This document shows positions 57,203 to 64,000 of a stretch of DNA of 64,000 nt, in pieces. Within the stretch, counting starts at the first letter, position 1. Each line of letters starts with the position of its first letter. This DNA is from an uncultured Methanosarcinaceae archaeon (GTDB taxonomy: Archaea; Halobacteriota; Methanosarcinia; Methanosarcinales; Methanosarcinaceae). The notes under the pieces are model-generated. The model saw only the letters and a list, made by a program, of their open reading frames with translations. It ran no database searches and was not told where the DNA came from. The stretch is taken from NCBI GenBank assembly GCA_963833425.1, contig CAWHXP010000003.1, forward strand, positions 448,001-512,000, in the 5' to 3' direction. The position numbers and the translations under genes were made by a program.

Positions 57203-58092
57203 ATGAAAGTTGTTGTCTCTGATCCTATGTTCTTACCAGAAGAATACAGGAAAAGACTTGAAGGTCTTGGAAACCTCACTATTTTTGAGAACATACCATC
57301 TCACATTGAAGAATTTATATCAAGGGTTGCAGGTGCAGATATAGTCATTGCTAGTAGATATGGATTTTCTGAAAAGGCATTCATAGCCACCGGAAATTTG
57401 GGGATGATTTTCTTATGACAAACTGGTTATAACCAAATAAATATTACGGCTGCGAATGAAAAAAGTGTAATCGGATCCAATTTTCCTAATTACGCATATG
57501 ATTCAGTTGGTAAATGGTCTTTGCTCTCATCCTGAATCTCATGAGAAAAGTACGTCTTGCAGACATAAGATAGCGAAATGGAAATTTTGAATGGCGCAAC
57601 TATATAGGCAATCAGTTCATGGGGAAGACAATCGGAGCAGTAGGCATCGGTAGTACTGAACAAGAGTTATTCAAATAGCTCATGGTTTCAATACGAACTT
57701 AATTGCATTTGCAGATCATCCAAGTAAGTTCCACTCACACCCTCTACCGAAAAAAATGATCAGCGTAAGATAGTTCGCAGAAATTAATAAAGTGTGATTC
57801 TTATAAATACCTCTAGAGAAAAAGTTGTTGATGAAGATGCTCTTATAAAAACTTTGGGAGAAAAACAGATTGGAAGCGCTGTCTGGATGTTTTCGAGAGA
57901 GAACGGCTGCCATTGAATAGTTCGTTGTTGGAATTTGAAAATGCTGCACTCGCACAGTATGTAGCTTTTTTATCAAATGAATCATCCGAGGAATGCACTC
58001 GAGTGTGCATTCAAAAAGTAGAAAAATTCATTGAAGGGAAGCCACAGAATGTTGTAAACCCTGAAGTGATTACAAGTTTTAAACTACCTTAA
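57203..58092 (+). pseudogene. D-isomer 2-hydroxyacid dehydrogenase pseudogene
   Basis: MKVVVSDP..., TGYNQINI, GKTIGAVGIG, LINTSR.KVVDEDAL, EGKPQNVVNPEV; multiple stops/frameshifts. Confidence 0.8.
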
Positions 58093-58254
58093 TTTGTTTT
58101 CGGTTAAGATACCAAACATCTAAATTTGTTATTTTTATTCAAAAAGTCGCATTTTTGACGATTCCAGAAAATATTAGAAATAGAAGTTTTAGGCAGAAAG
58201 ATGGAACTGTTAAGCTTATAGAATTGTTATAATAGAAGATTCAATTAGATTTCA

Positions 58255-59290
58255 ATGGAAATAATTGTAAAAATGATACTGGCTCTTTTAACCATTCTCA
58301 TCCTAACCGCGGTTATTGTTTATGCAACACTCCCCTATAAACTATTTTCTAGGGGCTGTTATCCTTTACATTATATTCAGATCTCTTTATCACTTTTTCA
58401 TAAGGAGAGCCGAGCTTAATAAACAATTTGCTGCAGTTTTAGTATTAATTATTTCAATATGTGTTGTACTCACTCCATTGTATTTTCTCCTAGGTATAAT
58501 TATTGATGAAATCCAGCTGCTTTTACTTAACCAGGCGTCTATTGTTACATCTATTCAATCTTAAAACCAATTTTTCACTCATTATCTTTCAGGGCTGGGT
58601 ATTCCGACGGATATTCTCCAACAACAGATACAGGAGAGGATTACTAGTATTGGTTCTGAAACCGTCAATTACACAAGTAAGTCCATTCTGGGTTCAATTC
58701 AGATACTGAGCCAGCATTCTATAGGCCTTTTAATTATGTATTTTTTTGTTTTACTACCTCTTAACAGGAGAAGATTTTACATTTGTACATAAAATTTATG
58801 TGGTAGTTCCATTCAATGAAGAATATACAGCCACTCTGCTGGACGAGGTCAGAAGAATTATCAGGACAACTATAATTTCCAGCGGGGCTGTAGCCCTTTT
58901 CCAGGGTGTTATTCTGACTATCACTTTTTTGATCATAAAAGTTCAGGGAGCCTTTCTCGAGGGTTCTATCGCAACACTCCTTGCTTTTATGCCCGTTTTT
59001 GGATCAACCCTAGTTTGGGTTCCCGCAACCATTGTCTAGTTCCTCCTGGGGGACTATACTGGGGGTGCTATTCTTTTTGCGGGGCTCTTTGTAAGTCTCG
59101 TGGATAGTTTTCTCAGGTCCATAATCCAGAAAAGATTTGGAGAAATTCATCCTTTCTGATCCCTTATTAGGATTATCATAGGAGTATCGCTTTTTGGATT
59201 TATAGGAACCATTATAGGCCCCTTCTCCTTTCTTATCTCATCCTGACCTTAGAAATGTTCTCCAAGGAATACCTTTCTAAGAGAGAGTAA
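58255..59290 (+). pseudogene. AI-2E family transporter pseudogene
   Basis: Hydrophobic fragments; MPVFGSTLVWVP, VD.FLR..IQK..GEIHP, IIGVSLFGFIG.IIGP; several stops. Confidence 0.82.
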
Positions 59291-59793
59291 GAATATAATT
59301 ATGGGAGAGAGTTACTGAAACGTATAGGCACACAAATTGCTATCGATATTATTCACAAACATGGAGTCTGCTCTTTTTTAGATCAGATCATAGATTTATT
59401 CCTGAAACTGAATTGCCAGCTTCAAGATGATGATCCTCAACTCTCTTGTACCTATCTATGCATTTTCTCGAATTCAGGCAAAAACTGTCCTAATTTAAGC
59501 TGAAGATGAGAACACACAGAGATTTTCTACGAAACATGTGAATCAATGAAAACAATAAAAACAGAAATCTTTGAGTATAACCATCTATCTACAGCCTATT
59601 TTTTGTAGTGAAAGAAAAAGGATACAGAGCCAATTGTATTTTATAGAATTTTGGGTACACGCCCATAGACTGTCTCAATGTGTAATGGACTTATCCCATT
59701 TTTGAAAATCTAGCCTTTTAATTCATCCGAAAGAAGCTAAGGGTAGAAAAATGAATAAAATTGTTGGGTACGGACGCCTAATATGCCGTTCTT

Positions 59794-59973
59794 TTACTTT
59801 CCCAGGAACTTCTTGATTTTACCTACCTTTTCTTGCGCCTTGCCTTCTTTCTTTTCAACAGTACCTTCGGCTTTCAAGTGGGGATTATTGATGAGTTCCC
59901 CTACTGTCTCTTTGATCTCTCCCTTAACTTTGTGAAGCTTACCTTCTGCTTGGTCCCGAGCGCTTGTTTTCAT
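59794..59973 (-). CDS. csbD: CsbD-family general stress protein (not in ORF track)
   Basis: MKTSARDQAEGKLHKVKGEIKETVGELINNPHLKAEGTVEKKEGKAQEKVGKIKKFLGK. Confidence 0.9.
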   Translation of the reverse strand: MKTSARDQAEGKLHKVKGEIKETVGELINNPHLKAEGTVEKKEGKAQEKVGKIKKFLGK

Positions 59974-60334
59974 GGCACTTCCCTTTTCTAAAATTTCATT
60001 TCAATCTTGAAGAATTAGTATAGATGTGGCTTTGTGCCCCAAATAGATAGAATTAAAGGTGTTTCAAGTACTAATCTCTTGTTTTCTGGCATAATCTGTA
60101 CAAAACCAATATTCTGAATTTGTTGGTGTAGTTACTTTAAGTTAATTGTATGAAAAATGGTTTCTGAACAAAAGTTACGCTGACATAAAATTTTTTTAAG
60201 TTAAAAAACAATTAAAAATTAATAATGTTTTTTTATTACTTTTGGGATTTTCAAAATCAGTACTAATTTAGTCCCTAAAAGGCAATGCGGATTAATTTCA
60301 TATAAATTCTGATCGTGTCCTTGATTCATCATGA

Positions 60335-60422
60335 AGGATTTCGATAAGTTTCTGATTTTCACGGGTCTTACATATCGCATTTATAAACGTCTGACAAAGT
60401 TTAGGTGTTTATTGAAATCCTC
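60335..60422 (-). repeat. MITE-like repeat family A copy
   Basis: AGGATTTCGATAAGTTTCTGATTTTCACGGGTC...TTTATTGAAATCCTC. Confidence 0.75.
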
Positions 60423-60789
60423 TTTAGACTACAATATGCAATTTCCTCTTAGTTATTTTAAATGAATTATACGAAAAATAGTTTCTAACCAAAAAATAAT
60501 TTTACATAAGATTTCTCACGATCAAAAAACAGTTAAATAATAATTATATTTCACATTATTTTTGAAGTTTTCATTCAATTGGATAATTATTTCCATCCAC
60601 AAAAAGCAGTGAATAACCATTTTTTTGGCTATGCTTCTGTAAACTCAATCATGCCATTACATTAGAAATGTAACCCTTGTGGCCATTGCATCCGAGCAAA
60701 TGCAAAAAAAGTGATCCCCTTCTATTTCATTCGAATATCCCGCAACTTGTTGCGGGGAGTGCCACCGCAATTTTAATTAGTTGAATTTT

Positions 60790-62712
60790 TTATTTTCCTT
60801 TTACTGTAAACCTCATAGCGAATTCCGTTCCATTGTTCCTTGTAAGTTCAAGTTCCCCTTCTAACTGTTCTACAAGAATGATTACCAGTTGTATACCAAG
60901 ACTATCAGAATTTTTCAATTCAAGAATTTCAGATATGCCTATCCCGTCATCTGAAACCGTGAGAATAAAACTGCTACCCTTTAAGTCCTTATTATTTCGC
61001 TCTTCTCGATGGAGTTTAATTTGAATTTCTCCTTTATCCCTGCCAATAAATGCGTGTTTGAGAGAGTTTGAAACAAGTTCGTTGATGATTATGCCTAAAG
61101 GAACTGCAGCATCCATATCAAAAAAAATGTTTTCTTCCAGATTCATATTCAAGATAATATTGGTATCTCCAAGCTTGTATGTCTGGAAAAGATTCACAAC
61201 TAGTTCCTTAATATACGACGAAAAGTTCAGCGTATCAAATTCTCCGCCTTTATATAGTTCCTCATGGATAAGGGCTATGGATATTATTCTATCCTGATTT
61301 TCCTTGAAGGCTTCAATGATTTCCGAATTCTTAATAAATTCTCTGTTGCTGAACTTTTCAGCCTGAAGGTCAAGAAGGGATAAGATCACCTGCAAATTAT
61401 TTTTGATCCTGTGATGAATTTCCTTTTTACGGGCAGTTTCGATATTCTTAAGGAACTTTTCTGCCTCTTTTCTTTCGGTCACATCATAAATAGCACCTTG
61501 GTAGAATTCCGTCTTTCCACTCTTCCCACTAACTTTCTGGTAGATTTCATTAAGCCATCTGGTTCTTCCGTCCCTGTGCTTGATACGAAACTCAATTTGT
61601 CCATAATCTGCAGATAACAATTTTTGACTCTGTTGATCTTCTTTGGGAACGAAAGACAAGTCATCTGGATGGGTTATTTCTTCCCACTTAAGCAGGGACA
61701 TAAGGTCTTTTTCTTTATATCCGGTGATCTCTTCAACAGCGCCATGTAGAAATATAGGAACAAAGTTTTTATCTGTCTGGAAAGCAATTCCATGAAAATT
61801 TTCTATGAAAGAGCGATATTTCCTCTCACTTTCTTTAAGTTGAGTTTCCGCAACCTTGGCACTTGTAATATCTTTCAGTATTCCGATAGCTCCGTAAGGC
61901 TGACCCTCATGATCCGTAACGGTGACCCAATTGTTTTCGATAGAAATGACAGTTCCATCTTTTTTTTTCAACCTTAATTCTTCCTTAAATCTGCCTTTGG
62001 TAGTTTTCACATCCTGAAATGTTTCACCCACATAATTTTTATCTCCGCAATGGATATTATTGACCCAAAAATCTTTGCCAAATTTTTGCAATTCTTCAAA
62101 GCTATATCCTGTAACTTCTTCTATGGCACCATCCCATGTGCATTCACCTGTTCTGGAATCATAGTCATATATCACCTGTCCTGTCTGCTCTGTGACAATC
62201 CTATACCGTTCTTCGCTTTTCTTAAGTTTTTCTTCTGCTTCTTTACTTTTGGTTATATCTCTGGCAATAATTAAAACAGCGCTTATATTTTCAGAGGCAT
62301 CTAAAATTGGGGAAAGAGTTAATGAGACATTTACTATCTTACCATCCTTTCTTAACCGTAATGTCTCATAATGGTGAATTCTATCTTTCTGTTTAATTAA
62401 TTCAACTAATTCTTTTGTTTCTTCGACTAATATGGGTGGCTCCAGGATGGATATTGGCTTTCCCAATATTTCGTTAGCTGAATAACCATAAATCTGCTCT
62501 GCGCCTCTATTCCAGCTGGTAATAATGCCATCAAGAGACTTGGTTATAACGGCGTCTGCAGAAGATTCCACCATACTCGCCAGCGTCTGAATTGCATCTT
62601 CTTTTTTGCTGTATTTGGGATTTCTATAAGTTTCCATTTTCCTTCCATTTAGATCAAAGCAAATTGGTTGTTGATAATAAAATCGAGGATTTATTTGTGT
62701 TGCACCAGTCAA
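60790..62712 (-). CDS. PAS-domain sensor histidine kinase (HisKA_2 type), probably N-terminally truncated
   Basis: Three PAS/PAC domains, KEIHHRIKNNLQ, NELVSNSLKHAF, VSDDGIG, SLG; likely ATG ~62637. Confidence 0.92.
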   Translation of the reverse strand: MTGATQINPRFYYQQPICFDLNGRKMETYRNPKYSKKEDAIQTLASMVESSADAVITKSLDGIITSWNRGAEQIYGYSANEILGKPISILEPPILVEETKELVELIKQKDRIHHYETLRLRKDGKIVNVSLTLSPILDASENISAVLIIARDITKSKEAEEKLKKSEERYRIVTEQTGQVIYDYDSRTGECTWDGAIEEVTGYSFEELQKFGKDFWVNNIHCGDKNYVGETFQDVKTTKGRFKEELRLKKKDGTVISIENNWVTVTDHEGQPYGAIGILKDITSAKVAETQLKESERKYRSFIENFHGIAFQTDKNFVPIFLHGAVEEITGYKEKDLMSLLKWEEITHPDDLSFVPKEDQQSQKLLSADYGQIEFRIKHRDGRTRWLNEIYQKVSGKSGKTEFYQGAIYDVTERKEAEKFLKNIETARKKEIHHRIKNNLQVILSLLDLQAEKFSNREFIKNSEIIEAFKENQDRIISIALIHEELYKGGEFDTLNFSSYIKELVVNLFQTYKLGDTNIILNMNLEENIFFDMDAAVPLGIIINELVSNSLKHAFIGRDKGEIQIKLHREERNNKDLKGSSFILTVSDDGIGISEILELKNSDSLGIQLVIILVEQLEGELELTRNNGTEFAMRFTVKGK

Positions 62713-62714
62713 GA

Positions 62715-63195
62715 AAATAGGTGCAGAGAACTATCATATGGTAGTTGCCGATGATTCTGATATTTCTTCCTCATAATCATCAAAATCATTCCAAACCTTT
62801 TTTTCAAGCTAAAAAGTTTCTTGGCAAGCTTCAAACCTTCGTAGCCATTAGTCAGAGCCTGGTTAGTTTTTCAACTCAGACATTTTAGATATTTTTCGAA
62901 TTGGAATTAACATCTTTCAAATCCCATTGTGCATAAAGGATGAATTCAATTTGCCCATTTTCCAGATAAGTATCTAAATCAGGCTCAGTCCTGTAAGGTT
63001 TCTTGTGCTTCATCTACTTCCAAGAGTTGGGATGTGATCCATATGCAAACTTCATTATTTTCAAGCCGATTTTTGAAATAGGGAACAAGGGTATCTATTA
63101 AATCATCTTGTATCTGGTAAAATTGGCAGACTTGAGTTCCCCAGGGAATGTTTCCAATGATATCAATTCCAGATTTTCTCAGTTCTTCATTCAGT
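62715..63195 (-). pseudogene. MEDS sensory domain, disrupted former N-terminus of the kinase
   Basis: LRKSGIDIIGNIPWGT..CQFY....LVPYFK..LENNE.CIW, then YLSGKWA / NGYEGL fragments out of frame. Confidence 0.78.
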
Positions 63196-63739
63196 CTACA
63201 TATTCTCCGACTTTGAAGATGCATTCGCTGTCTCCAAGTTATGTGTGCCTTCCCTCTCCCTGCCTCATAATTTCGGCTTTTCATTTTTTTTGTCTCTTGA
63301 GAATTTCGCTGAAAAATCTAGGCATAAGGATCGCTCTATTTTGTCCACAAAAATGAGCACATCCCTCATTCTTCCAGTTTTATTAACTATTCAACATATA
63401 TATTTTGTTAGCGACATCAGATAGCACGTTCAAATGTAAAAATCACAACACTAAATAAAATTTGGACCGTTATGTAACGCAACATCCTTGGACTTGATGT
63501 AAGTAGTACTTATCATGAGTTTAAAAGAATACCAACCCATTTGTAAACAGATTCAAATTATAGAAAGTGGGTCATAATATTTATCATAAACACTTGTTAA
63601 TTGTAAGTTTTTCTCCTTAAGTAGCGATGCAGTACGAAACAGGATAATTATTCGGTGATCTCCCTCCTTTTGCGAAGGTCGACCACCGGTTGAGAAGGTA
63701 TTTTTTTTAGTCATGACCTTTATACATAACTGTTTCTGA

Positions 63740-64000
63740 TGTGATCTTCCGCTCAGTGGTAGCAATGGCATATACCTCACCAGTTTTATTAACCAATGAG
63801 GTAGCTGTCAGCCACACTTCCACGATCCGGCCGTCTTTGGCAAGCCGCTGGGTGCGGTAAGGTTCCAGGACTCAGCACGGATAAGCTTATTCAGCGTGGC
63901 CAATTCTTCTTCTTTCTGGCTCTCTGGGATCAGGCTACTAATGTTCATCGTTAGTGCCTCGGCTTCACTCCAGCCATATATTCTCTCAGCCATCGGATTC
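63740..64000 (-). pseudogene. C-terminal PAS domain fragment (CheB/CheR-fusion-like), frameshifted, runs off window
   Basis: NPMAERIYGWSEAEAL.MNI..LIP, then frame change to EPYRTQRLAKDGRIVEVWLTATSLVN..GEVYAIATTER. Confidence 0.6.

Overview
AT-rich chromosomal window of a methanogenic archaeon, most likely Methanosarcina, judged from gene order, PGF-pre-PGF and MEDS/PAS kinase families, and IS types. Conserved core blocks: rpl10e-aIF2beta-radical-SAM-like gene; a SAMP/ThiS gene; tRNA-Val/Phe/Gly; the rpl18e-rpl13-rps9-rpoN-tRNA-Pro-rpoK-rps2-MEMO1-mvk-ipk-fni-rnj-idsA superoperon; serA; ileS-mptE; a U32 protein; nrpR; and sufC-sufB (SmsCB type). These alternate with heavily decayed accessory DNA: fossils of IS200, IS110, IS701, IS6 and IS5, two MITE-like repeat families, and pseudogenes of cdc6, RPA, PRC-barrel, 2-hydroxyacid dehydrogenase, AI-2E and MEDS. 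The most notable observations are (1) an intact radical-SAM/SPASM-fold gene that has lost essentially all Fe-S cysteines and the GGE motif, (2) a ~120-bp inverted repeat pair enclosing a secreted (YPN)n repeat protein gene beside a cdc6 fossil, and (3) an isolated GC-rich pseudoknot-like candidate ncRNA near 51.7 kb. No CRISPR array or rRNA was seen. All calls come from motif recognition by eye, and pseudogene boundaries are approximate.
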